The position numbers and the translations under genes were made by a program. The notes under the pieces were generated by a model, which made no database searches, was not told where the DNA came from, and was given only the letters and a program-made list of their open reading frames with translations. This document shows positions 1 to 8,712 of a DNA stretch of 32,000 nucleotides, piece by piece; positions within the stretch are counted from its first letter, which is position 1, and each line of letters starts with the position of its first letter. Source of the DNA: an uncultured Bacilli bacterium (GTDB lineage: Bacteria; Bacillota_I; Bacilli_A; RF39; UBA660); NCBI GenBank assembly GCA_947589105.1, contig CANQBL010000001.1:71146-103145 (forward strand), written 5' to 3'.

Positions 1-824
1 AATACATCTCCACACGCATACACATTATCCAAGCTTGTTTTCATATTATTATTAACCAATATTCCTTTATTATCTGTTTTAAGCATTAATTTTTCGTAAT
101 ATGCATCATTTTTTTCTTGTCCTATGCAAACAAATACTGCGTCTATATCTAACGTGGTTCCACTATCTAATTTTATTTTAGATACTCTTTTACCTGTTCC
201 TATTACTTCTAATACTTTACTGTTATAAATTATTTGTACATTTGTTTTTTTAACAATATCTCGTTGTTCTTTTTCATCTGCCCTTAAAACAGAAGAACGA
301 TTAATAACATATACTTTACTTGCTAAATCACTCATATACAAGGCCGATTCCATAGCAGAATTACCACCGCCAATTATAGCAACCACTTTATTTTTATACA
401 AAGTGCCATCACAAATGGTGCAATACGAGATTCCTTTACCTTCATATTTTTCAGCATTTAGGGCACTTAATTTTCTTGGTATTTTACCACTTGCTAATAT
501 TATATATTCCGCACTATATATATTACTTTCTGTAATTACACTATAATTTTTATCTTCCCTTTTAATACTTACTACTTTTTCTGTTTTAAAAGGAACGTCA
601 AGCTCTTCTACTTGAGAATACATTCTAAAAGCAAGTGTAGTTCCATCTTGATCAACATAACCTGGATAATTTTCTATTTTATGAGTTTTATTTAAATTCC
701 CCCCTGGAGAATTAGATTCTAAGATTAGTGGAGTGATTCCTGCTCGTTTTAAATATATAGCTGCTGAAAGCCCACCTGGACCTGCACCTATTATAATAAC
801 TTGATAATTAGACTCCAATTTCAT
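1..824 (-). CDS. trxB: thioredoxin-disulfide reductase; the C-terminal end runs off the window start
   Basis: Absent from the ORF track because it leaves the window. The minus-strand ATG at 824-822 gives MKLESNYQVIIIGAGPGGLSAAIYLKRAG (FAD GxGxxG). In frame follow a CTIC redox dithiol (first Cys codon 422-420), GGGNSAMESA and ...NVYACGDV near position 1. The start overlaps the lgt stop by 17 nt. Confidence 0.85.
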   Translation of the reverse strand, partial: MKLESNYQVIIIGAGPGGLSAAIYLKRAGITPLILESNSPGGNLNKTHKIENYPGYVDQDGTTLAFRMYSQVEELDVPFKTEKVVSIKREDKNYSVITESNIYSAEYIILASGKIPRKLSALNAEKYEGKGISYCTICDGTLYKNKVVAIIGGGNSAMESALYMSDLASKVYVINRSSVLRADEKEQRDIVKKTNVQIIYNSKVLEVIGTGKRVSKIKLDSGTTLDIDAVFVCIGQEKNDAYYEKLMLKTDNKGILVNNNMKTSLDNVYACGDV

Positions 825-1617
825 TTTCACTCGCCACCTCATCAGCATAGTTTTTACACTTTGTTTTTGTTATTATAAACATTACTATTCCAATTATAAT
901 CATTAATATAGAAACTAATTGGGCCACTTTTATATTACCTAACATTAAACTATCTGTTCTAAGAGACTCTATAAAAAATCTTATTACTCCATACCATATA
1001 AGATATATAGCAGTAGTATTACCTAATTTAGTATTTTTAAGACTTCTAAAACCAATTAAAACAAAGAATCCTATTAAACATAAAATTGATTCGTATAAAA
1101 ACGTTGGATGATAGTAATTACCACCAATATGCATACCATCAATAATAAAATTAGGTAAATGAAGCTGCTCTAAAAAGGTCTTTGAAACAACACTTCCGTG
1201 TGCCTCAGCATTGAAAAAATTCCCCCATCTTCCTATTGCTTGTGCCAAAATAACAGCAGGAGCAACTATATCAAGTATCTTCAACACTTTTACCCCATAC
1301 TTTTTACAATAAATTATTAGAGTTATTAATCCTAATATTATACCCCCATGAATAGCAAGACCTCCATTCCATATTTTTATTATTTCTAACGGATATACAC
1401 TATAATAATCTAAATTAAATATAACGTAATATGCTCTTGCTCCTAGTATTCCAAACACAACACACCAAAAAACAAGGTTCGTTACAAACAAAGTTGAAAT
1501 ATTGTTTTTTTTAGCCTCTTTATTTATTAATATACTAGCAATAATTATTCCTAATAAAATACAAATTGAATACCAAGTTACAGTAATTGGCCCCACGCTA
1601 ATAGCTATTTTACTCAT
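808..1617 (-). CDS. lgt: prolipoprotein diacylglyceryl transferase
   Basis: 269-aa polytopic membrane protein with Lgt-type motifs GGLAIHGG, GRWGNFFNAEAHG and ESLRTD. ATG at 1617. Confidence 0.9.
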   Translation of the reverse strand: MSKIAISVGPITVTWYSICILLGIIIASILINKEAKKNNISTLFVTNLVFWCVVFGILGARAYYVIFNLDYYSVYPLEIIKIWNGGLAIHGGIILGLITLIIYCKKYGVKVLKILDIVAPAVILAQAIGRWGNFFNAEAHGSVVSKTFLEQLHLPNFIIDGMHIGGNYYHPTFLYESILCLIGFFVLIGFRSLKNTKLGNTTAIYLIWYGVIRFFIESLRTDSLMLGNIKVAQLVSILMIIIGIVMFIITKTKCKNYADEVASENEIGV

Positions 1618-1618
1618 T

Positions 1619-2065
1619 TTATTTTTTGCACCTTTCTATAAGTGGTTTTATTATAAGACTTTCCATAAGAACATTCATTAAACTTATAAATATTGAAACA
1701 ACAAAAGGTGATAAAAAACCAGTCATATAAAAATGTTTTCCTAAAATTAAATTTACTAATAATAAAATAAAAACATTTATAACAAAATAAAACAAACCAA
1801 GAGACATTCCAATAAGTGGTAAAGTAATTGTTACTAAAACTGGTTTTACTGTCTTATTAAGAACAAAAATTATAATAGCTGCTAAAAATCCATACCAAAA
1901 ATTTTCTACGTACAACGATCTAAATAAATTAGAGGTAATTATTAAGACTAAAGCATAGCCAAACATATATATAAGCCATTCCAAAAACAAATTAAGCCTA
2001 TATTCAATTTCTGAATTTTTATTTTTCTTACTTTTTTTATTATCCTCTACTACTATCACTTTCAT
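1619..2065 (-). CDS. phage-holin-family-4 / DUF360 (YvlD-type) small membrane protein
   Basis: 148 aa with a lysine-rich N-terminus followed by 4 TM helices. The VKPVLVTITLPLIGMSLGLFYFVINVFILLLV pattern is typical of this family. Its stop abuts the lgt start. Confidence 0.5.
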   Translation of the reverse strand: MKVIVVEDNKKSKKNKNSEIEYRLNLFLEWLIYMFGYALVLIITSNLFRSLYVENFWYGFLAAIIIFVLNKTVKPVLVTITLPLIGMSLGLFYFVINVFILLLVNLILGKHFYMTGFLSPFVVSIFISLMNVLMESLIIKPLIERCKK

Positions 2066-2117
2066 ATTATCACCAATTTAATTATATCATAACAGCATTA
2101 ATTTATATTAATGTTTT

Positions 2118-3077
2118 TTATTTATTTTTAGTAAGTTTATAGAACTGCTTTGCGTTTTGGGATAATATTTTTTCGCAATCACTATAAGTCCATGTATTTC
2201 TTATTCTATCTAAAGAGTTATAATCAATATTTCCACAACAATCTACATTCCAATTATAATCTAAATCAAATAATAATTTATCTGCAGACACAAGTTTTTT
2301 TAAAATGTTAAGATAACCTAAAGAAAAATATTTATTTTTTGGAACACAAACTTTATATGGATCAAGCGAAATATCAAGATCAGGTCCCAAACCAATCATT
2401 ATGTTTTCACTATTGTTTACTATTTTTATAACTTCTTTATCTAAGCAAGCACCATGGTTTAAAGTGCCTCTTAAATTGTTATCAATTAAAAATCTAACCC
2501 ATGAATTAGGACAACATTTATTTCTCCAAAACTTGGTTTCTAGTCCATACCCGTCATCATAATTATAAACTGATGTATGAAGGATTATTGGAACGTTATA
2601 AAATTTAAAAATTTCTATTAATTCCGGTTTAACATCTTCTTTAAAAAAGCCACCACTAAAGCCATGAAATTTAATTGCTTTAGGCTTTGTTTCTTTTATT
2701 AAATTATCAACATAATATGGATCATCTAGTACGCCATGAATCATTGGAACAAAATATATTTTTGTTTTTGTATTTGATTTAGATATCAAATCAAAGTAAT
2801 ATTTATTTACCTTTTCATACGGATTACACAATATTTTTTCCTTTAATATTTTCCCCAAATGATTAACTTGCTTATAATAATGAATTTTTTCATAATTAGT
2901 ATGCTCCCAAATCAAAGCACACGTACTATTATTTTTATCTTTTAAAACAGGCCAAGGCATCGGCATTAAAAGTCCAATATTAATATTATTAAGTAGACAA
3001 AAATTATCATAATCAAATAGTGATGATTCTCCAAAATAATAATCTTTACCAATATGACTATGAGCATCAATTATCAT
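2118..3077 (-). CDS. amidohydrolase-superfamily metal-dependent hydrolase (TIM barrel)
   Basis: The N-terminal IIDAHSHIG motif matches amidohydrolases. The likely start is ATG 3077, preceded by a GGGGGA SD; the track ORF extends to 3110. It lies 42 nt downstream of the Cys-rich peptide gene on the same strand. Confidence 0.55.
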   Translation of the reverse strand: MIIDAHSHIGKDYYFGESSLFDYDNFCLLNNINIGLLMPMPWPVLKDKNNSTCALIWEHTNYEKIHYYKQVNHLGKILKEKILCNPYEKVNKYYFDLISKSNTKTKIYFVPMIHGVLDDPYYVDNLIKETKPKAIKFHGFSGGFFKEDVKPELIEIFKFYNVPIILHTSVYNYDDGYGLETKFWRNKCCPNSWVRFLIDNNLRGTLNHGACLDKEVIKIVNNSENIMIGLGPDLDISLDPYKVCVPKNKYFSLGYLNILKKLVSADKLLFDLDYNWNVDCCGNIDYNSLDRIRNTWTYSDCEKILSQNAKQFYKLTKNK

Positions 3078-3119
3078 ATTATCCCCCCTATTAGATAAAA
3101 ATAAGGACATAACAAGTCC

Positions 3120-3302
3120 TTATTTAATATAAATTTTTCTAACTTCTTTAATATTTTCGTTTTTATCTTTGCATCCTTTACAAGTAGTATTGCAAGATCC
3201 AACACCACCACCACATGCACAACTACTACATACTGAGGCATAAATTTCTGTTAGATTGCTTAAGATTTTACTTTTTGCCTCATTTTTATCAAAAAATTTC
3301 AT
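3120..3302 (-). CDS. 60-aa six-cysteine peptide, candidate RiPP precursor
   Basis: Sequence MKFFDKNEAKSKILSNLTEIYASVCSSCACGGGVGSCNTTCKGCKDKNENIKEVRKIYIK. A strong SD AGGAGGTG (3315-3308) sits 5 nt before the ATG. The ATG (3302-3300) overlaps the TGA (3301-3299) of the radical-SAM gene in an ATGA junction. Confidence 0.65.
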   Translation of the reverse strand: MKFFDKNEAKSKILSNLTEIYASVCSSCACGGGVGSCNTTCKGCKDKNENIKEVRKIYIK

Positions 3303-4645
3303 TGTCTCACCTCCTTTACTTTTTTAACACTATCTTTACTCATTAAATAACCACTTTTTAACAACCACCTTAATGTTTGTTTTGTGTGCATACAAAATGG
3401 CTTGTCTAGTGCCTGTCTACTACCAAATAACGCTTCAGCTTGAATAGCACAACCTCCGCCACAAATAAATAACGCTTTACAATTTAAACATTTTTTATTA
3501 TTTAAAGTACATCTTTGTTTCCAAAATTTAATTTCATCAGAACATAATATTTTTTGTATAGAATCTTTATTAATATTTCCTATTATATATTTATCCGTTT
3601 TTAAGTATCCATGACAAATACATACATCCCCATTCGGTTTTATCGCTAATTGATTAGCACCAATTGCTCCACAATCAGAAAATTTAAATTCATTATTATA
3701 AAAACTATCTATTTTTCTAATAATCCTTCCATCATATATATTGTTTTTAATTAAAATATTATGTGACTTAATAATAAACTTGCAAGCTCTTTTATAATAT
3801 TTTTCCCAATTACAATCATAATTGGTATAGTGGTATAAATTATAAAATATACTTTTTACACCTAATTGTTTTAACCAATTAAGAACTTCATCCTGATTAT
3901 CTAATAAATCCTCAGAAACCGTTATTGATAAACCATACTTACACTTTTGAACATCAAGCATTGGGAATTTTTTTATTACCTCATCATAAACACTTTTGTT
4001 ACTAGTCCTATAAATTCTGTTTTTATCATTTAATTTTTTTGGTCCATCTATGGATATTCCTATTTCTACTTTATGATTAGATAAAAATTTAATTTTTTCT
4101 TCATCTAGTAAAGTAGCATTAGTAACCATTGAAAAATCAATTGGTGAATTTAATTCTACCGATTTATTTAAAATATATTTAATTGTTTCCCAATTTACTA
4201 GAGGTTCACCACCATAAAAAATAACAGACCCTCTTAATTTATTTTCGTTTAAATAATTAGTATATTTAATTAAAGCACTTAGCGCTGTTTTTTTAGACAT
4301 ATTTACTTCTTTTTTGTTATTGAACTGACAATTTTCTATAAAACAATATTTGCAGCCTAAGTTACATGCTGAACTTAAAATAAAATACATAATATTTATT
4401 TTTCCAGTTACTTTTTCATATCTATTTTTTACTATTTCTAAAGCTTTTTTATCTTTATGATAATCATCAACATAAATACCAATTTCTTTTAATTTTAATA
4501 TTTCTTCTTGTGATAGATTAATATTTAATACATCTTCATATTTTTTCTTATTTAAATAAACCACATCCATTATTAAAGAGTTATAAATTGCATATAAATC
4601 TTCTTCTAATTTTACGTGATGAAAAAATTTAGATAACATCATCAT
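3299..4645 (-). CDS. radical SAM / SPASM-domain peptide-modifying enzyme
   Basis: Carries a CNLGCKYC (CxxxCxxC) radical-SAM cluster motif after an ~85-aa N-terminal extension, which may be an RRE-like domain. The C-terminal SPASM signature is CGAIG...GDVCICHG and CLNCKALFICGGGC. The track start at 4651 is GTG; the ATGs at 4645, 4642 and 4639 are more likely. The gene overlaps the upstream GNAT stop. Confidence 0.8.
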   Translation of the reverse strand: MMMLSKFFHHVKLEEDLYAIYNSLIMDVVYLNKKKYEDVLNINLSQEEILKLKEIGIYVDDYHKDKKALEIVKNRYEKVTGKINIMYFILSSACNLGCKYCFIENCQFNNKKEVNMSKKTALSALIKYTNYLNENKLRGSVIFYGGEPLVNWETIKYILNKSVELNSPIDFSMVTNATLLDEEKIKFLSNHKVEIGISIDGPKKLNDKNRIYRTSNKSVYDEVIKKFPMLDVQKCKYGLSITVSEDLLDNQDEVLNWLKQLGVKSIFYNLYHYTNYDCNWEKYYKRACKFIIKSHNILIKNNIYDGRIIRKIDSFYNNEFKFSDCGAIGANQLAIKPNGDVCICHGYLKTDKYIIGNINKDSIQKILCSDEIKFWKQRCTLNNKKCLNCKALFICGGGCAIQAEALFGSRQALDKPFCMHTKQTLRWLLKSGYLMSKDSVKKVKEVRQ

Positions 4646-5105
4646 AATCACCCAATTTTTCTTCCATAATGATTTTACTCATCTTAAAGCCCATTTTCTC
4701 ATAAAGTTTAATCGCCTTTAAGTTATCTTTACATACCTTTAATTCTAAGTAACTTAACTTTTTATCTTCTGCCCACTTTTTAAAGCCATCTATAAGAGAT
4801 TGAGCAATACCATTATTTCTAAATTCTTCTTCCACATACAAAGCATCTAATACCCCTACTTTTTTTAGTTTAGAATCGCCATTATTTTGTATGTATCCAT
4901 AAATATAGCCTACTAACTTTTTACTTTTTTTTGCAATTAAAAGACATACGTCTTCATTATCAAAAAAATTTTCATAAAGAGATTTTACAATACAGTTTTC
5001 ATTTATGTTCTCATCGTATTTTTTCTCATCAACAATTAATTTCGTTAATAAACCATTTACCGCTAAAGCTGATTTATAATCTGCCTTAATTATATCTATG
5101 TTCAT
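4629..5105 (-). CDS. GNAT-family N-acetyltransferase
   Basis: LYVEEEFRNNGIAQSLI matches the acetyl-CoA-binding motif (R/Q-x-x-G-x-G/A). The likely start is ATG 5105, with a GGAGG SD (5115-5111) 5 nt upstream; the track ORF extends to 5156. Confidence 0.75.
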   Translation of the reverse strand: MNIDIIKADYKSALAVNGLLTKLIVDEKKYDENINENCIVKSLYENFFDNEDVCLLIAKKSKKLVGYIYGYIQNNGDSKLKKVGVLDALYVEEEFRNNGIAQSLIDGFKKWAEDKKLSYLELKVCKDNLKAIKLYEKMGFKMSKIIMEEKLGDYDDVI

Positions 5106-5186
5106 ATTTACCTCCTCACTCAAATTATATATTTTGATTAGTGAAATATTTGTCACTTATTATCATACAAAAATAGATATATCAAT

Positions 5187-5606
5187 CTACGTCTCAGATG
5201 TTTCTTCTACTCCTAAACAATAAGCAAATCTTATAAGTGTTTCTTTTTTCTTAATATAGTAATAACCTAAAGAAAATCCAAGATTGTTAGCTATAAATCT
5301 ATCATCATAATTATCTTCTTTATCAAGGTATGTCCAATATATGATTTTTCTTTCCTCAGTAGTTAATCTGTTAAAGGAGGATCTTACATAATTAATGAAA
5401 ACAATTCTATTTTTTAGCTCACAATCATCTTTTTGAAAATAAATATTATTATTTTGAGAAGAATTTAATTGTTCTAATAAAAAATCATTATTTACCTTTG
5501 AAGCAGACTCATTATCAACCGATAAATTGTAATAAATATATTTATTTATTAATTCTTTTACATTTTGTTTGGTCTTTGGCCAATTAACATTTATTGTTTT
5601 CATCAT
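5187..5606 (-). CDS. small ArpU-family / sigma-70 region-4-like transcriptional regulator (tentative)
   Basis: 139 aa. The C-terminal LTTEERKIIYWTYL...FIANNLGFSLGYYYIKKKETLIRFAYCLG resembles the HTH of phage-type ArpU late regulators. An AAGGGAGA SD precedes the ATG. It is the first gene of the same-strand cluster. Confidence 0.4.
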   Translation of the reverse strand: MMKTINVNWPKTKQNVKELINKYIYYNLSVDNESASKVNNDFLLEQLNSSQNNNIYFQKDDCELKNRIVFINYVRSSFNRLTTEERKIIYWTYLDKEDNYDDRFIANNLGFSLGYYYIKKKETLIRFAYCLGVEETSET

Positions 5607-5749
5607 TTAACATCTCCCTTCTTAATATATTTTATCATTTGTAAAGTTTAAAAAGTTAATATTAAGCTAACAAAAAAACTATAAAAAAATAAAGTAAAAG
5701 TTATATTAACCTCTACTTTATTATTATTAAGATTTTTTTAAAACACTCA

Positions 5750-8563
5750 TTATTTCAATATTTTTTTTAAATATTTACCAGTATAAGAAGCCGCACAAGT
5801 AGATACTTTTTCAGGAGTTCCTTCACAAACTATCATGCCGCCTCCATCTCCACCTTCAGGACCTAAATCAATTATATGATCAGCTACTTTTATAACATCA
5901 AGATTATGTTCTATTACTATTACCGTATCACCATTATCAACTATTCTATTTAAAATAATTAATAGTTTTTTTATATCATGACTATGAAGACCTGTTGTAG
6001 GTTCATCTAAAATAAATATACTTTTACCGGTTGGCTTTTTTTGTAATTCCTTAGCAAGTTTAACACGAGAAGCTTCTCCTCCTGATAGTGTTGGAGCGCT
6101 TTGACCTAATTTAATATAGCCAAGACCAACATCCATTAATACTTCTAGTTTTCGTTTAATTTTAGGATGGTTTTCGAAAAACTTTAAAGCTTCTTCTACT
6201 CTCATTTGTAAAACATCATATATTGTTTTTTCTTTATATTTAACCTCTAAAGTTTCTTTATTAAACCTAGTTCCCCCACATACCTCACAAGGCACATAAA
6301 CATCAGGTAAGAAATTCATAGATATCCTTTTTACACCATCTCCCCAACATGCTTCACATCTTCCTCCTTTTACGTTAAAAGAAAATCTTCCTTTTTCATA
6401 CCCTCTTATTTTAGCTTCCTTTGTATTTGCAAAAACATCTCTTATGTCATCAAATACACCAACGTAAGTTGCAGGATTACTACGTGGGGTACGTCCTATT
6501 GGATCTTGGGTTATATCTATTACCTTATCAACGTTTTCTAAACCTTTTATACTTTTATATTTACCTGGTACTACCTTTGATGAATAAATATTTAAAGCAA
6601 GAGCTTTATATAAAATTTGATTTACTAAACTACTTTTACCAGAACCAGATACTCCTGTTACTAAAACTAATTTGCCTAATGGAAATTTAACGTTTATATT
6701 TTTTAAGTTATTTTCTTTAGCTCCTTTTATCTCAATAAATTTTCCATTACCCTTTCTTCTTTTTTTAGGTACTTCTATTTGTTTTCTACCACTTAAATAA
6801 TCTCCTGTTAAACTATTTGTGTTTTCCATGACCTCCTTTGGAGTTCCACAAGCAACTATTTCTCCTCCGTGATCACCAGCTCCAGGTCCAACATCAACTA
6901 GATAATCAGCTTGAAGCATTGTATCGGTATCATGTTCTACCACAACTAAAGTATTTCCCAAGTCCCTCATTTTTAAAAGTGAATCAATAAGTCTTTGATT
7001 GTCTCTTTGGTGAAGGCCGATAGAAGGTTCATCTAAAACATATAGCACACCAGTTAATTGAGAGCCGATTTGAGTAGCAAGTCTTATTCTTTGAGCTTCT
7101 CCACCAGATAAAGTGCCTGCACTACGAGATAGTGTCAAATAACCCAAACCAACGTTATGTAAAAACTCTAAACGAGATTTTATTTCTTTTATAAGAAGTC
7201 TTGCTATCTCTTCTTGTTCTTTACTTAATTTTAACTTATCAAAAAAATCATATAACTTATCAATATTCATATCAGTTAAATCAATTATGTTCTTTTTATT
7301 TATCAAAACAGATAATACACTTTCTTTAAGTCTTTTTCCGTGACAAGTAGGACAAGTAAGTTCCACCATATATTTTCCAAGCCATTCTCTTATAAACTCA
7401 CTATTTGTTTCAAAATATCGTCTTTCTAAATTATTTAAAACCCCTTCGTATGGTTCGTAACTATTCATTTGATTACCACTTCTAGTTTTAAATTCAAACT
7501 TAATTGGTTCTTTAGTTCCGTTAAGAATTATATCTAACTCTTTTCTTGTTAAATCCTTCATTTTTTTATTCATATCTATACCATATTTATCGCACACAAT
7601 TTCTAATTTTTTTATATAGATATTTTGATCATCCATTCCCGAAAGAGGTTCTATTCCGCCTCTTACAAGTGTTTTTTCTTTATCAGGTATAATTAAATCT
7701 TCACTTATTTTTTGCTTAAAGCCAAGCCCTTTACAATCCGGACAAGAACCATACGGAGCATTAAAACTAAACATTCTAGGTTCTAATTCCTCTAAAGAAA
7801 AATCACAATGAGGACACGCGAATGACTCACTCATAACTATTTCTTCTTTACCTGGAATTTCAACTACTGCTTTTCCTTTAGAAAGTTTACAAGCAAGTTC
7901 TATTGCTTCATATATTCTGCTTCTTGATTCTTCTTTTTTTATTATTCTATCAATAACAACTAATATGTTATGTTTTTTATTTTTATCTAAATTTATTTTT
8001 TCATTTAAATCCTTAGTTTCTCCATCTACTTTTACTCTAATGTATCCTTCTTTTCTTAAACTTTCCAATAAATCTTTATGAGTTCCTTTTTCACCATAAA
8101 TAACTGGAGACAAAATAATTAACTTATTTCCATCTTCTTCGTTCATTATTTGAGTTGTCATTTCTTCTATCGATTGACTTGATATTGGAATATTATGATT
8201 GGGGCAATAAGGCACTCCGATACGAGCATACAAAAGTCTAAAATAATCATATATTTCCGTTACCGTACCAACGGTTGATCTTGGGTTGTTATTAGTTGTT
8301 TTTTGATCTATTGAAATAGAAGGAGAAAGCCCTTCTATTGAGTCAACATCTGGTTTTGAAGTTCCACCTAAGAATTGTCTAGCATAAGCAGACAAACTTT
8401 CTACGTACCTTCTTTGACCTTCTGCATATATCGTATCAAAAGCAAGACTTGATTTTCCACTACCAGATACACCAGTCATAACAGTTAATTTATTTTTAGG
8501 TATTTCGATGTTAACGTTTTTTAAATTGTTTTCTCTTGCACCTTTTACTATTATTTTATCCAT
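5750..8563 (-). CDS. uvrA: excinuclease ABC subunit A
   Basis: Two ABC modules (GVSGSGKSS twice, LSGGE signatures) and CxxC zinc modules. The canonical N-terminus MDKIIVKGARENNLKNV starts at ATG 8563 after a GGTGG SD; the track ORF extends to 8596. Confidence 0.97.
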   Translation of the reverse strand: MDKIIVKGARENNLKNVNIEIPKNKLTVMTGVSGSGKSSLAFDTIYAEGQRRYVESLSAYARQFLGGTSKPDVDSIEGLSPSISIDQKTTNNNPRSTVGTVTEIYDYFRLLYARIGVPYCPNHNIPISSQSIEEMTTQIMNEEDGNKLIILSPVIYGEKGTHKDLLESLRKEGYIRVKVDGETKDLNEKINLDKNKKHNILVVIDRIIKKEESRSRIYEAIELACKLSKGKAVVEIPGKEEIVMSESFACPHCDFSLEELEPRMFSFNAPYGSCPDCKGLGFKQKISEDLIIPDKEKTLVRGGIEPLSGMDDQNIYIKKLEIVCDKYGIDMNKKMKDLTRKELDIILNGTKEPIKFEFKTRSGNQMNSYEPYEGVLNNLERRYFETNSEFIREWLGKYMVELTCPTCHGKRLKESVLSVLINKKNIIDLTDMNIDKLYDFFDKLKLSKEQEEIARLLIKEIKSRLEFLHNVGLGYLTLSRSAGTLSGGEAQRIRLATQIGSQLTGVLYVLDEPSIGLHQRDNQRLIDSLLKMRDLGNTLVVVEHDTDTMLQADYLVDVGPGAGDHGGEIVACGTPKEVMENTNSLTGDYLSGRKQIEVPKKRRKGNGKFIEIKGAKENNLKNINVKFPLGKLVLVTGVSGSGKSSLVNQILYKALALNIYSSKVVPGKYKSIKGLENVDKVIDITQDPIGRTPRSNPATYVGVFDDIRDVFANTKEAKIRGYEKGRFSFNVKGGRCEACWGDGVKRISMNFLPDVYVPCEVCGGTRFNKETLEVKYKEKTIYDVLQMRVEEALKFFENHPKIKRKLEVLMDVGLGYIKLGQSAPTLSGGEASRVKLAKELQKKPTGKSIFILDEPTTGLHSHDIKKLLIILNRIVDNGDTVIVIEHNLDVIKVADHIIDLGPEGGDGGGMIVCEGTPEKVSTCAASYTGKYLKKILK

Positions 8564-8667
8564 TACTACCACCTTTTCTAATACTAATTTTAACATAAAA
8601 GATTATTTTTATTTCAAAAAAAGAAACATTAATCTATGCTATTATTAGTTCTTTTTTCTAGTTATAT

Positions 8668-8676
8668 ATTCTAACA
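8668..8676 (-). promoter_or_regulatory. candidate extended -10 element (TGTTAGAAT) for uvrA
   Basis: Minus strand reads TGTTAGAAT about 105 nt upstream of the uvrA ATG. The same TGNTAGAAT form recurs upstream of uvrB. The -35 is poor. Confidence 0.35.
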
Positions 8677-8712
8677 TACAAATTAAAAAATGATTATTAA
8701 AACATAACCATT

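Noticed and set aside
3120-3302. Calling the Cys-rich peptide a canonical SCIFF (scfA)
   Set aside because: The cysteine spacing, gene order (peptide after the maturase) and long C-terminal tail all differ from the SCIFF pattern as I recall it. I kept it as SCIFF-like or novel rather than assigning the family.
6421-6690. Plus-strand ORFs antisense to large genes (6421-6690, 10780-11034, 11074-11265, 12317-12523, 12505-12696, 12846-13055, 13109-13429, 13562-13870, 14059-14322, 15529-15720, 17137-17325, 21329-21529, 21605-21796, 26857-27078, 29227-29457, 29817-30086, 30295-30507, 31665-31913)
   Set aside because: All lie inside well-supported minus-strand genes and encode low-complexity L/F/I/S-rich products typical of antisense frames in AT-rich DNA. 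None has a convincing SD.
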